A stretch of 64,000 nt of DNA from an uncultured bacterium (GTDB lineage Bacteria > Bacillota_I > Bacilli_A > RFN20 > CAG-826). The stretch spans positions 12,574 through 76,573 of the forward strand of contig CASFSG010000025.1 in assembly GCA_949297305.1 (NCBI GenBank), in the 5' to 3' direction. Below the pieces are notes generated by a model, which saw nothing but the letters and a program-made list of their open reading frames with translations, searched no databases and was not told where the DNA came from. Below, in pieces: positions 37,901 to 49,156 of the stretch (position 1 is its first letter; the number at the start of each line of letters is the position of its first letter). The position numbers and the translations under genes were made by a program.

Positions 37901-38622
37901 TATTTTTTCTCTAAATAACTATCGATGACACTAAGAGCATAAATAGCAGCGGTTTCAGCTCTTAAAATTCTTCGACCCAAAGAAATAATTTGGTAACCAT
38001 TAAGAGTTGCTAAATTAATTTCTTCAGTAGAAAATCCCCCTTCCGGACCAATGATTAGGGAAATTGATTCACCTTTTTTAATATTTTTTAAACCATTAAG
38101 AAAGGAAGCGGTTTTTCCTCCTGCGCTTTCATAGGCGATAAATTTATGATCGGCTTTAATATTTTTTAATTCAGAAAAGTCAATTAAACGATGCAAATAA
38201 GGAATTTTGATGCGTTTAGATTGTTCGCTGGCTTCTTTTAAAATTTTTTGATAGCGATTAATTTTATGTTCTAAACGAAAATTTTTCTTATTAGCAATGG
38301 TCCTAGAAGTAGCTAAAAGAACGATTTCTTGCACTCCAAGTTCAGTTGCTTTTTGTAGTACTAAATCGAGTTTTTCGCCCTTGATTAACGACATCACTAA
38401 GGTGATATTATTCATCAATTCATGATTTTCTTCTCTGGTGGCAACAATTTCAAAATCTAAAGGTTTCAAACTGATAATCTTACATAAATGGACTTTTTCT
38501 TTATAAACAACTTCAATTTCTTCATTAATTTTCATCCGCATGACTTTTAAAATGTGATTAATATCATCATCATTTAAAATGACGCGGTTATTGATAATTG
38601 CCCCAAAATATCTTTGACTCAT
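37900..38622 (-). CDS. rsmE: 16S rRNA (uracil1498-N3)-methyltransferase RsmE
   Basis: PUA-like N-terminus (HILKVMRMK..E) and C-terminal SPOUT knot IGPEGGFS.EE...LG.RILRAETAA. Confidence 0.85.
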   Translation of the reverse strand: MSQRYFGAIINNRVILNDDDINHILKVMRMKINEEIEVVYKEKVHLCKIISLKPLDFEIVATREENHELMNNITLVMSLIKGEKLDLVLQKATELGVQEIVLLATSRTIANKKNFRLEHKINRYQKILKEASEQSKRIKIPYLHRLIDFSELKNIKADHKFIAYESAGGKTASFLNGLKNIKKGESISLIIGPEGGFSTEEINLATLNGYQIISLGRRILRAETAAIYALSVIDSYLEKK

Positions 38623-39053
38623 TTTAAAGGCACTCCATGAATATCGACTAAATCTTTTTTTACTAAGTAATAGATAGCAACAATAATAAAATAAATCTCA
38701 TAGACTAAATAAGGAATTAAAAATGCCCAGATTGTCAGCGGAGTAAAGAAATACAATATTAATGATAAACCTAGTAAGAAGATTGTAATTAAAGAATAAA
38801 TAATTCCCAACTTAATTTTTCTTAAATAAAAAGCATGGCCACCACAAAAACCAAAAATTATCGCTAAAATAGCGATAATTATTCGACTTTTCTTCTTAAT
38901 AGGTGCATCGACCACATTAACTTTATCTAAAACTTTCGTCACATCTAGAGTTAACGAAGCATCACCATCTAAAGGCTCTTTTCCGCCGCAAAAAGGACAA
39001 ATATCTTTATCTAAGCGCGTCAATGAAGCAGAACAATATTTACAACGTGGCAT
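38619..39053 (-). CDS. zinc-ribbon plus TM2-domain membrane protein
   Basis: N-terminal CKYC...CPFCG zinc ribbon. AILAIIFGFCGGHAFYLRKIKLGIIY matches the TM2 domain pattern. Confidence 0.6.
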   Translation of the reverse strand: MPRCKYCSASLTRLDKDICPFCGGKEPLDGDASLTLDVTKVLDKVNVVDAPIKKKSRIIIAILAIIFGFCGGHAFYLRKIKLGIIYSLITIFLLGLSLILYFFTPLTIWAFLIPYLVYEIYFIIVAIYYLVKKDLVDIHGVPLK

Positions 39054-39101
39054 AAAAAACCTCGTATCAATTATATATTGATAAATTTATTTATGTTAGT
39101 C

Positions 39102-40241
39102 TTATCGACGAAATATTCTTTTAAATTTTTCAAAAGGTGAATCGCTCGATTTACTTTGAGCCCTAATTTGCTCATAAAGTGCTTTTTCCGAACGCGACAA
39201 GGAAGTAGGCGTTTTAATATCAAGATGGATATATTCGTGCCCAGGAGTGCCGTTTCGCATGTCTTTAATACCTTTGCCGCGCAACTTAAGAATTTGATCT
39301 GGTTGTGTTCCAGCTGGCACTTTTACTTCAACTTCGCCATAAACGGTAGGAACATCGATGACTGTCCCTAAAGTAGCGTCGATAAAAGATAATGGGATAT
39401 TAATGTGAATATCGTTGCCATCGCGGCGGAAGAAATCGTGTTGGGCAATAGCGATTTCAATATATAAATCACCGTTTGGTCCACCATTTACGCCACGATC
39501 ACCTTTTCCTTGCAAGCGGATTTGTTGACCAGCATTAATACCGGAAGGAATATTAACTTCAATATCTCTTTTGACACGGGTATAGCCATTCCCACCACAA
39601 GCATCGCAAACATGTTCAATAACCTTCCCTTTTCCGCCGCAACTAGGGCATGGTGCTTCACTTTCCATCACTCCAAATAATGTCCTTTGTTGCGTTCTAA
39701 TATAGCCGCGACCACCACATTGTGAACAAGTGTGAATATCGCTAGCAGAACGCGCGCCACTGCCATGACAAACACTGCATTGCTCATCATAAGTAACCGG
39801 CACTTTAATTTTCTTACCTAAAATTGCATCCATAAATGAGACGCGTACGCGCATCAAAGTGTCGTCGCCTTTACGAGGCGAAGTAGCGCGAGATGATCTT
39901 TGACGTGAGCCGCCACCAAAAAAGGAGGCAAAAATATCGTTAATGTTAATATCGCCAAAACCTTGACTTGAAAAGCCTCCGCCTTGGAAGGGATTACCGC
40001 CACTAGAAGCCCCTTGTTCAAAAGCAGCATGACCAAATTGATCATACATTTGGCGTTTTTTATCATCGTAGAGAATATCATAAGCCTCCTGCACTTCTTT
40101 GAATTTTTCTTCCGCACCAGGCTCATGGTTAATATCTGGGTGATATTTTTTAGCTAGTTTACGATAAGCACTTTTAATCTCATCTTTCGATGCGCTTTTA
40201 TTAATCCCTAAGATTTCATAATAATCGCGTTTATTAGCCAT
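39102..40241 (-). CDS. dnaJ: molecular chaperone DnaJ
   Basis: J-domain DYYEILG...YHPD, a G/F-rich linker and four CxxCxGxG zinc-finger repeats. Confidence 0.95.
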   Translation of the reverse strand: MANKRDYYEILGINKSASKDEIKSAYRKLAKKYHPDINHEPGAEEKFKEVQEAYDILYDDKKRQMYDQFGHAAFEQGASSGGNPFQGGGFSSQGFGDININDIFASFFGGGSRQRSSRATSPRKGDDTLMRVRVSFMDAILGKKIKVPVTYDEQCSVCHGSGARSASDIHTCSQCGGRGYIRTQQRTLFGVMESEAPCPSCGGKGKVIEHVCDACGGNGYTRVKRDIEVNIPSGINAGQQIRLQGKGDRGVNGGPNGDLYIEIAIAQHDFFRRDGNDIHINIPLSFIDATLGTVIDVPTVYGEVEVKVPAGTQPDQILKLRGKGIKDMRNGTPGHEYIHLDIKTPTSLSRSEKALYEQIRAQSKSSDSPFEKFKRIFRR

Positions 40242-40270
40242 AAAAATTACCTCCTATAAGCAAGCGAAGA

Positions 40271-40290
40271 GGTTCTAGTAAACTAGAACC
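40271..40290 (-). other. perfect stem-loop in the dnaK-dnaJ intergenic spacer (possible processing or stability element, not a clear terminator)
   Basis: GGTTCTAGT-AA-ACTAGAACC palindrome. No U-run follows on the minus strand. Confidence 0.4.
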
Positions 40291-40321
40291 TGTCCGCATT
40301 GATATTTATTGATGAAGAAAA

Positions 40322-42160
<1,839 letters not shown>

Positions 42161-42763
42161 TTATTCCTCCTTATTATCTTGATTAGTTTCTTGATTTGAT
42201 TTATCAACATATTTGCTGACGCTGACCATCGCCGGACGAACGAGATGATCATGAAGTTTATATCCTTTCGCTAGCACTTTTTCGACCCGATCATCATCAG
42301 GGTTATCTGTTTCAATCGTTTCGATCGCATGCATTACGTTAGAATCGAATTTATCTCCAACTTTAGGAGTTATCTCATTAATGCCCTCATTATTTAAGAC
42401 CGAAATGAGATTTGAATAAATGTAGCGAAAGCCAACTAAATAATTTTTCGTTTCTTCGCTAGGTGCCTCATTAGATAAGGCTACATGGAAGGCATCTAAA
42501 ACCGTCAATAATTCATTTACGAATCCTTCAAGGCGATATTTAATTGCCTCACGATGATCTTTTTCAATTGATTTACGAAGATTTTGCATATCAGCATAAG
42601 CTTCATAATATTGATTTTTATATTTTTCTAATTCTTTCTTTAAGTTCGCAATTTCTTCGTCTTTAAGGGCTAAAACTTTACTAATTTGTTCTTTTTTGTC
42701 CCTTTTTGATAAATGTTCATCTTCTTTAAGATTCGAATTTGCGTTTACTTTGTCTTCTTTCAT
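42161..42763 (-). CDS. grpE: nucleotide exchange factor GrpE
   Basis: Coiled-coil N-terminus and C-terminal G...H.A.....V.KGY.L.D...RPAMV. Lies between hrcA and dnaK. The start overlaps the hrcA 3' end by 38 nt. Confidence 0.85.
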   Translation of the reverse strand: MKEDKVNANSNLKEDEHLSKRDKKEQISKVLALKDEEIANLKKELEKYKNQYYEAYADMQNLRKSIEKDHREAIKYRLEGFVNELLTVLDAFHVALSNEAPSEETKNYLVGFRYIYSNLISVLNNEGINEITPKVGDKFDSNVMHAIETIETDNPDDDRVEKVLAKGYKLHDHLVRPAMVSVSKYVDKSNQETNQDNKEE

Positions 42764-43787
42764 CTAAATCTTCATTATCTCCTTCCTTATCGTCTAAAAA
42801 ATATTTATCTAAAGAAGAGACTAAATATTCTAGACTTGAAACAACTTTGTCATAATCCATTCTCTTTGGACCAACAATCGCAATGTTTCCTTGGCGATCG
42901 TTAGGTAAAGAAACTTTAGCAGAAATAATCGAGACATCTTCATCATCACTACTTTCCCCACCGATATGATAAGAAATTTCGTTGGTTTCACCAGCAACTT
43001 TTTTGAAAACATCAGGCTTATCTAATAAAGTTAGGATTTTTTTAATCTTATTGGCGTCGTTAGCGATATCCGGATTATCGAGTAATCCTTGTTGACCATA
43101 CATTTGCAAACGATCGCGAGCGAAAGTTAATAAGGTTTCAATCATCGCTTTATAAACGACATCATGCTCAATAATATAATCGCTTAATAAAGGTTTTAAG
43201 GTTTGCATTTTTTCGCCTAATTGAGCAATAGGCGTGCCTTTAAGACGATCGTTAAGAAGTTTGACGCAAGACTCGACATCGGCAATTTTCGTTTTTTCTT
43301 CTAAAACAAATGTCTTGTTTTCGACATAGCCTTGGTCAGTGACATAGACGCAGGTAATCGAAGAATTTGTTAGAGGAATAATTTGCACTGAAACTAGATG
43401 TTCCTCTTCAGCTTCAGGACCTAAAACCACCGATACTAAATTAGTCATATGCGCAAGTATTTCACAACTTTTAGCAATTACATCTTCAACCGATTTAATC
43501 TTTGAATCTAGAATCGTTTGCATGCGATATTTAAATTCTTCGTCTAGACTTCTTTCGCGGAGATTATCGATGTAATAACGATAACCTTTACTCGATGGTA
43601 CGCGACCGCTCGAAGTGTGTGTCTTTTCTAATAAACCAGCTTTTTCTAAAGCATTCATCTCCGCGCGAATTGTTGCACTTGAGTAGTTCAACCCGTAAGT
43701 TTCAATTAAATATTTACTGCCGACGGGTGTCGCAGTTTTAATGAAGTCTTCAACGATTAATTTGAGTATTTTATCTTGACGATTCAT
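42726..43787 (-). CDS. hrcA: heat-inducible transcription repressor HrcA
   Basis: N-terminal wHTH R...IL..IV.DFI.TATPVGSK.L...Y.L.YSSATIR.EM..LE..GLLEK.HTSSGR.PS..GYR.Y. CIRCE operators lie upstream. Confidence 0.9.
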   Translation of the reverse strand: MNRQDKILKLIVEDFIKTATPVGSKYLIETYGLNYSSATIRAEMNALEKAGLLEKTHTSSGRVPSSKGYRYYIDNLRERSLDEEFKYRMQTILDSKIKSVEDVIAKSCEILAHMTNLVSVVLGPEAEEEHLVSVQIIPLTNSSITCVYVTDQGYVENKTFVLEEKTKIADVESCVKLLNDRLKGTPIAQLGEKMQTLKPLLSDYIIEHDVVYKAMIETLLTFARDRLQMYGQQGLLDNPDIANDANKIKKILTLLDKPDVFKKVAGETNEISYHIGGESSDDEDVSIISAKVSLPNDRQGNIAIVGPKRMDYDKVVSSLEYLVSSLDKYFLDDKEGDNEDLDERRQSKRKFES

Positions 43788-43808
43788 CTAGCGGGCTACT
43801 CCTTTCTT

Positions 43809-43834
43809 CTAGCACTCTTTTTACTAAGTGCTAA
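43809..43834 (-). promoter_or_regulatory. CIRCE-like operator 1 (TSS-proximal, spacer one nt short)
   Basis: Plus strand cTAGCACTC-N8-aAGTGCTAA, against consensus TTAGCACTC-N9-GAGTGCTAA. Confidence 0.7.
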
Positions 43835-43838
43835 CGAT

Positions 43839-43866
43839 ATTATACATGCCCGATTAGCACTGTCAA
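43839..43866 (-). promoter_or_regulatory. consensus sigma-A promoter of the hrcA-grpE-dnaK-dnaJ operon
   Basis: The minus strand reads TTGACA (43861-43866), a 16-nt spacer, then TATAAT (43839-43844). The -35 box lies inside CIRCE operator 2. Confidence 0.7.
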
Positions 43867-43880
43867 GAATAAAGTGCTAA
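43854..43880 (-). promoter_or_regulatory. CIRCE operator 2 (overlaps the -35 box)
   Basis: TTAGCACTg-N9-aAGTGCTAA has canonical 9-nt spacing, with mismatches only at the innermost positions. Confidence 0.75.
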
Positions 43881-43919
43881 AAAAATAATAAATATTAATT
43901 GTTGGTATAATTATCACAT

Positions 43920-44333
43920 TTAATGATGATGCCACGATAAAGCGATAGTATCACTCAAGCGATCAAAAATTGTTCTTTCCGTTTTAACAACAAGCATAAA
44001 AATCGCATTAACAATTACTAGCGGCACTAAACCGATGGCAACGCTTTTTGTTAAAGCGTTTTTGAACGAAAGAGGAGCCAAATTTGTTTTCATAATCTTA
44101 ATGTGTAGAAGATAACTTCCAATCGTGCGTCCATGAAAAAAATATAAAGTAATTGTATTAATAATCGAATAAACAAGCCAATCAAAAAAGAAAAATAAGA
44201 AGACATTCAAAAACCAATTCAAATAACGCGATGCGTAAATGATAATTATCACGATAGAAAATGCAATACTTGTCGCGATAATTAAATCAATTAAATAGGC
44301 AGTGATTCGAGAAATTCTTCTAGCGTTATTCAT
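43920..44333 (-). CDS. RDD-family membrane protein
   Basis: N-terminal RRISRITAYLIDLII (the R..A.liD pattern of the RDD domain) and three hydrophobic helices. Confidence 0.6.
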   Translation of the reverse strand: MNNARRISRITAYLIDLIIATSIAFSIVIIIIYASRYLNWFLNVFLFFFFDWLVYSIINTITLYFFHGRTIGSYLLHIKIMKTNLAPLSFKNALTKSVAIGLVPLVIVNAIFMLVVKTERTIFDRLSDTIALSWHHH

Positions 44334-44335
44334 TT

Positions 44336-45439
44336 TTAATCAATTAACTTAAGTAAAATCATATCTAACAAAGGCATTCCTTTTTTAGATGCCATAATTC
44401 TATCACCTTTTTTCAATAATAACCCTTCATTAAGTAATTCTTTGATCACTGATTCTTTACTTTTTAAAAGTGAATGATGAAATTTGTTTTGATACGCTTT
44501 TAAAGAAAAACCATCATAAAGCCTCAAATTGGTAATCAAAAAATATTTTCGATCTTCATCCAAGGTTATTTCTTCGCATTCATTATTAAAAGATCTAGCA
44601 AGATATTTTTTTAAACTCATCGTATTTTTATTTCGCCTTGAAGCAAAATAACTTGACGCTCCTAAACCAATACCATAATATTCTTCATCTCTCCAGTAAG
44701 TTAAATTGTGTTTTGCGTAATACATTTTACTTTTAGCGTAGTTAGATACTTCATAATGTCGATAATGATTATGCGCTAAAATTTTCTCAATTATATCAAA
44801 ATATTTTCGACTCAAATCATCGCAGATTTCTTCTTCCTTAAGATTATATAAAAGTGAACCCTTATCAATTATTAAAGAATAAAAGGAAAGGTGTTCAACG
44901 TTTAAAGAAATCGCTAACAGAACATCTTTGATAATATCGTTAATATTTTGCTCTTTGAAACCATAGATAAAATCTAAATTAATGTTTTTAAAGCCGGCTT
45001 TTCTTAAGCGAATTATCAAATTGCAAAGATTATAATAGGAACTTTGCCGACCATATTTTTGAAGAATGGAAGAATTAAATGTTTGTACTCCTAGCGAAAG
45101 GCGATTAATATGATATTTCTTAAAAAGATTTATTTTGCTATCGGTGAGATTTTCAGGATTGCATTCAATACTGAATTCAGTGTTTTTGGTTAAGTAAGGT
45201 TTTAAATGCTCAAACAAGTAAATTAAATCTTCTTCGTTTAGAGCACTGGGGGTGCCACCACCGATATAAATAGTTTTGAGTTTATGTTGGATATTAAGAC
45301 TTTCAAGTTCATTAACAAGAGAGGATAAATAGGGTTTAACAAAACCAGAGTAAAGCAACTTAGGAAAATCACAATAAGAGCAAATTGATAAACAAAAAGG
45401 AAGATGGATATATAATGAACGACATCTTCCTGCATGCAT
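44336..45439 (-). CDS. hemW: radical-SAM heme chaperone HemW (oxygen-independent coproporphyrinogen oxidase-like)
   Basis: LYIHLPFCLSICSYCDF radical-SAM motif, GGGTPS and the HemN_C-like end. Position between lepA and hrcA matches Bacillus. Confidence 0.85.
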   Translation of the reverse strand: MHAGRCRSLYIHLPFCLSICSYCDFPKLLYSGFVKPYLSSLVNELESLNIQHKLKTIYIGGGTPSALNEEDLIYLFEHLKPYLTKNTEFSIECNPENLTDSKINLFKKYHINRLSLGVQTFNSSILQKYGRQSSYYNLCNLIIRLRKAGFKNINLDFIYGFKEQNINDIIKDVLLAISLNVEHLSFYSLIIDKGSLLYNLKEEEICDDLSRKYFDIIEKILAHNHYRHYEVSNYAKSKMYYAKHNLTYWRDEEYYGIGLGASSYFASRRNKNTMSLKKYLARSFNNECEEITLDEDRKYFLITNLRLYDGFSLKAYQNKFHHSLLKSKESVIKELLNEGLLLKKGDRIMASKKGMPLLDMILLKLID

Positions 45440-45443
45440 TAAA

Positions 45444-45752
45444 TTATTTATCTTCCTTTTTTATTTCTGTAGCATTTTTAGCTTCTTTTTTCTTTTCTTC
45501 GTCTAAAAGAACTTTTTTAGCATCTTCAGCCATTTCTTGATTAATTTTCTCGTCTTCAATAGGCACTAAAATGCGATCGAGTTCTTCTTGAATTATTTCT
45601 TCTTCGTTTTTTTCCTCTTTTTTGATTTGTAAAGCAGAGAACTTGCGCCTAACTAAGATAATAACGACAACGACAATGCCAAAAAATCCAAGTAAAGAAG
45701 CGATGATAATTGCTGGTAAATATTGTTCAGAAATTAAATAAAACATATTCAT
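45444..45752 (-). CDS. small single-pass membrane protein with a Lys/Glu-rich cytoplasmic tail
   Basis: 102-aa ORF with one N-terminal TM helix (AIIIASLLGFFGIVVVVIILV) and a highly charged low-complexity tail. Confidence 0.5.
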   Translation of the reverse strand: MNMFYLISEQYLPAIIIASLLGFFGIVVVVIILVRRKFSALQIKKEEKNEEEIIQEELDRILVPIEDEKINQEMAEDAKKVLLDEEKKKEAKNATEIKKEDK

Positions 45753-45770
45753 AATTAACGTTTCCCAATT

Positions 45771-47228
45771 TTAATATCTTTTTAAAGGTGTGTAAACAAA
45801 TTTATTCTTTAAATTTTCGCGACGATAATAGCCTCTTTTAGCCAAAGCATCCATCGATGTTCGAGCGGTTTCATATACGCACCCTTCTGCTCTTTTATAT
45901 TGCGCGATGGTGTAATATTTGCCAATTGTCATATGGCGAACGAAAAAATGTGCTTGTTGTGGCCTTAAAAAAGGATCAGATTCTAACAAATCAGCAGCTA
46001 GATTTTCATATTCTTCTTCGGTATAACGTTTATTTGGTAATTGAAGGGCTTTTTCTCCACTAGGAGGTGTAACGACATCATTGCTAGTGGAACTTTCAAT
46101 TTGCACATCAACTTTTTTTGGCGCACTTTCTTCAACCGGTGTTTCTTCTTTAATATGTGGTAAGCGTCCATATTGCGTTTCACTTTTATCGATGTGAAAT
46201 TCTTTTTTAAATTCTTCATCGCTCATATTGCGAAACATCGAATCTTTTAAAACAGCGCCTTCAACAGCAATTAATTTATCAGTAAAGTTGCCGAAAGCTT
46301 CTTCGAGGACATCGGTAGCATAAATGATTAAATAGGTTAAATCGCGATTGCGCTGCACTTCATTCATCACTTCTTTTAAACGAGAAGGATTCTTTGATAG
46401 TAAAATTTCGCACGGTAATAAATGAGCAATCGATTCATATTCCCCGCGTGCCAAAATATGCTTAAAAAGAAGGATAGATAGTTCTTCATTATAACTATCG
46501 AATGGCTTAATATAGTTTAAATAGTAGAAGGCACAAATTGCTTTAACGACCAAAGGCGCTCCACTATTATTGACGAAATCAAGCAAAATATTCATATGCT
46601 TTTCAATTTCGTTAACTGGTGCGCCATTATCATATTGACGATTGATAACAAATTTAGTCTTTGCGCTTTCTAGATCGCGCGAGCGATAATAGGTAGTTAA
46701 TTCAAATTGGTGCGACAACACCATTAAATAATTGCCAAAAAAATCATCATCTATTGCAATTAAAGGATTATTTTGAAATGAACACAATGCTTCATAATAA
46801 TATTCTAAAGGAGCATATTCTTTATTTCGATTATCACGATTAATAATATTAGAAATTGCGATATCGTTGATGATAATTCCTTTAAAGGAAGCCATCATCT
46901 TCAAAATTTCTTTCATCGCATCATCTTTAATTTGATACATTTTTAAATCTTCTTCGCTAAAGCGCGAATATTTATAGAGAATATTAACAATGCGACTTTG
47001 TAGTTTTTGATAACGAGAATTAATAGAAGGTGTATAAACGATCTTATAAAATCTTTTAGTTAAATCAAGTAAGGGGGTTTGTTGAGCATATTGTTCGCGA
47101 TAACGGGTGATGTTATCCCATAACTTATCAACCAAAGAGGTTCCTAAAGTATTTGCCACTTCGCTTTTAGTAGCGTATTGTTCATCGGTAAATCGACTAG
47201 CTAATTTATTTTCTTGAGCCATAAGCAT
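45771..47228 (-). CDS. Fic-domain-like protein with degenerate active-site motif and a C-terminal winged-helix domain
   Basis: Where HPFx[D/E]GNGR is expected, the sequence reads YIKPFDSYNEELSILLFKHIL (residues 239-259), flanked by Fic-like helices (PLVVKAICAFYYLNYI...DLTYLIIYATDVLEEA). The C-terminal ...YTIAQYKRAEGCVYETARTSMDALAKRGYY... resembles Fic-associated wHTH domains. Confidence 0.55.
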   Translation of the reverse strand: MLMAQENKLASRFTDEQYATKSEVANTLGTSLVDKLWDNITRYREQYAQQTPLLDLTKRFYKIVYTPSINSRYQKLQSRIVNILYKYSRFSEEDLKMYQIKDDAMKEILKMMASFKGIIINDIAISNIINRDNRNKEYAPLEYYYEALCSFQNNPLIAIDDDFFGNYLMVLSHQFELTTYYRSRDLESAKTKFVINRQYDNGAPVNEIEKHMNILLDFVNNSGAPLVVKAICAFYYLNYIKPFDSYNEELSILLFKHILARGEYESIAHLLPCEILLSKNPSRLKEVMNEVQRNRDLTYLIIYATDVLEEAFGNFTDKLIAVEGAVLKDSMFRNMSDEEFKKEFHIDKSETQYGRLPHIKEETPVEESAPKKVDVQIESSTSNDVVTPPSGEKALQLPNKRYTEEEYENLAADLLESDPFLRPQQAHFFVRHMTIGKYYTIAQYKRAEGCVYETARTSMDALAKRGYYRRENLKNKFVYTPLKRY

Positions 47229-47307
47229 TCCTCCATAAAATTATTATATAAAGAAACTTCTCTTATTACAATAAGAAATACTAATTTTTAACTATTATTA
47301 TACCAAA

Positions 47308-49119
47308 TTATTCCTCATCGTCATTAGAGAGAACACTCATGAAAGCTTCTTGTGGCACCTCAATTGACCCAACCGCTTTAAGGCGCTTTTTTCCTTCTTT
47401 TTGTTTCTCTAAAAGTTTTTTCTTACGCGTAATATCGCCGCCATAACATTTTGCTAAAACATCCTTGCGAACAGCCTTGATATCAGTTCTAGCAATAACT
47501 TTGCCGTTAATAGCAGCCTGAACTGGAACTTCAAATTGTTGGCGAGGAATGATGTTTTTTAATTTTCTTGTAATGATAGAACCGCGTCGATAAGCGTCAT
47601 CTTTATAGACGATAGTCGATAAGGCATCAATTGTTTCGCCGTTTAACATAATATCCATTTTCACTAATTTATTTGGGCGATATTGACTATATTCATAGTC
47701 AAAACTCGCGTAGCCTTTCGTAATTGATTTTAACTTATCGAAGAAATTAAAGACGATTTCACTTAACGGCAATTCATATTTAATAATCATTCTTGTGTCA
47801 TCGAAATATTCTAGCGTTTGATAGATGCCTCGCCTAGCTTGGCATAATTCCATCACCGCTCCAACATAATCTTTCGGTGTCATTATATTAGATGCAACAT
47901 AAGGTTCTTGAATTTCTTTAATTTTAGTGACATCAGGCATTTGGGATGGGTTATCTAATTCTAACATCGTTCCATCAAACAGATAGACGTGATAAATGAC
48001 GCTAGGAGAAGTCAAGATTAAGTCAATATTATATTCTCTCTCAAGACGCTCTTCGATGACATCCATGTGCAAAAGTCCTAAAAAACCACATCGAAAGCCA
48101 AAACCTAGAGCTTGGGATGTTTCAGGTTCATAAACCAAAGAAGAATCATTCAAAGATAATTTTTCTAAAGCCTCTTTTAAGTCATTGTAATGTTTGCTAT
48201 CAATAGGATATAGGCCTGAATATACCATTGGATGCATCTTGCGATAGCCAGGCAATGGACTAGCGGCCTGATTATCTTTCAAAGTAATTGTATCGCCGAT
48301 AAAAACATCTTTAATGTTTTTAATTTGGGCTGCTAAATAACCAACCTCTCCGCTATATAAAACATCGCGTTTAATTTCTTTTGGGGTGCGTATACCTAAT
48401 TCGGTCACTGTATACTCTTTATTAGAGCCCATAAATTTTATTGTATCACCAACTTTTACTTGGCCATTTTTTAAACGAATTAAAACGATAACACCACGAT
48501 AAGAATCGAAATAAGAATCAAAGATTAAAGCTTCTAAAGGCGCTAAATCGTCACCACTAGGAGCAGGTATTTTTTTAACAATTGTTTCTAAAACATTTTT
48601 TATTCCTTCGCCCGTTTTAGCGCTGACTAAACATAAACCCTCATCTCCTAGACCGATACGTTCTTTAATTTCTCTTTTAGCATTATCAATATCAGCGCTT
48701 GGCAAATCAATTTTATTAATAATCGGAATTATATATAAATCATTATCAATCGCTAAATAAACATTGGCTAAAGTCTGTGCTTCCACGCCTTGCGAGGCAT
48801 CTACTAGTAAAAGCGCTCCCTCGCAGCTAGCTAATGAACGACTAACTTCATAAGAAAAGTCAACATGCCCAGGAGTGTCGATTAAATTAAAAATGTATTG
48901 ATGTCCATCATCTGCCTTATAAGCGATTGTAACAGCATTTAATTTAATTGTAATTCCTCTTTCACGTTCCAAATCCATCGAGTCGAGATATTGCTCTTTC
49001 ATTTCGCGACTTGAAATTGTCTCAGTCAATTCCAAAATGCGATCAGCAAGAGTAGACTTACCATGATCTATATGGGCGATTATTGAGAAATTGCGAATGT
49101 ATTTTTGTTTGTCTGACAT
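47308..49119 (-). CDS. lepA: translation elongation factor 4 (LepA)
   Basis: [28 protein letters not shown] and NKIDLP. LepA-specific C-terminal domain [21 protein letters not shown]. Confidence 0.95.
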   Translation of the reverse strand: MSDKQKYIRNFSIIAHIDHGKSTLADRILELTETISSREMKEQYLDSMDLERERGITIKLNAVTIAYKADDGHQYIFNLIDTPGHVDFSYEVSRSLASCEGALLLVDASQGVEAQTLANVYLAIDNDLYIIPIINKIDLPSADIDNAKREIKERIGLGDEGLCLVSAKTGEGIKNVLETIVKKIPAPSGDDLAPLEALIFDSYFDSYRGVIVLIRLKNGQVKVGDTIKFMGSNKEYTVTELGIRTPKEIKRDVLYSGEVGYLAAQIKNIKDVFIGDTITLKDNQAASPLPGYRKMHPMVYSGLYPIDSKHYNDLKEALEKLSLNDSSLVYEPETSQALGFGFRCGFLGLLHMDVIEERLEREYNIDLILTSPSVIYHVYLFDGTMLELDNPSQMPDVTKIKEIQEPYVASNIMTPKDYVGAVMELCQARRGIYQTLEYFDDTRMIIKYELPLSEIVFNFFDKLKSITKGYASFDYEYSQYRPNKLVKMDIMLNGETIDALSTIVYKDDAYRRGSIITRKLKNIIPRQQFEVPVQAAINGKVIARTDIKAVRKDVLAKCYGGDITRKKKLLEKQKEGKKRLKAVGSIEVPQEAFMSVLSNDDEE

Positions 49120-49156
49120 GCTAAGTTATTATATTTAAAAAATATAATGATTACTA

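Noticed and set aside
42726-42763. 38-nt overlap of the hrcA 3' end with the grpE start as a possible frameshift or fusion signal
   Set aside because: Both ORFs have complete family-typical ends in different frames. There is no slippery heptamer, and an overlap of this size is compatible with ordinary translational coupling.
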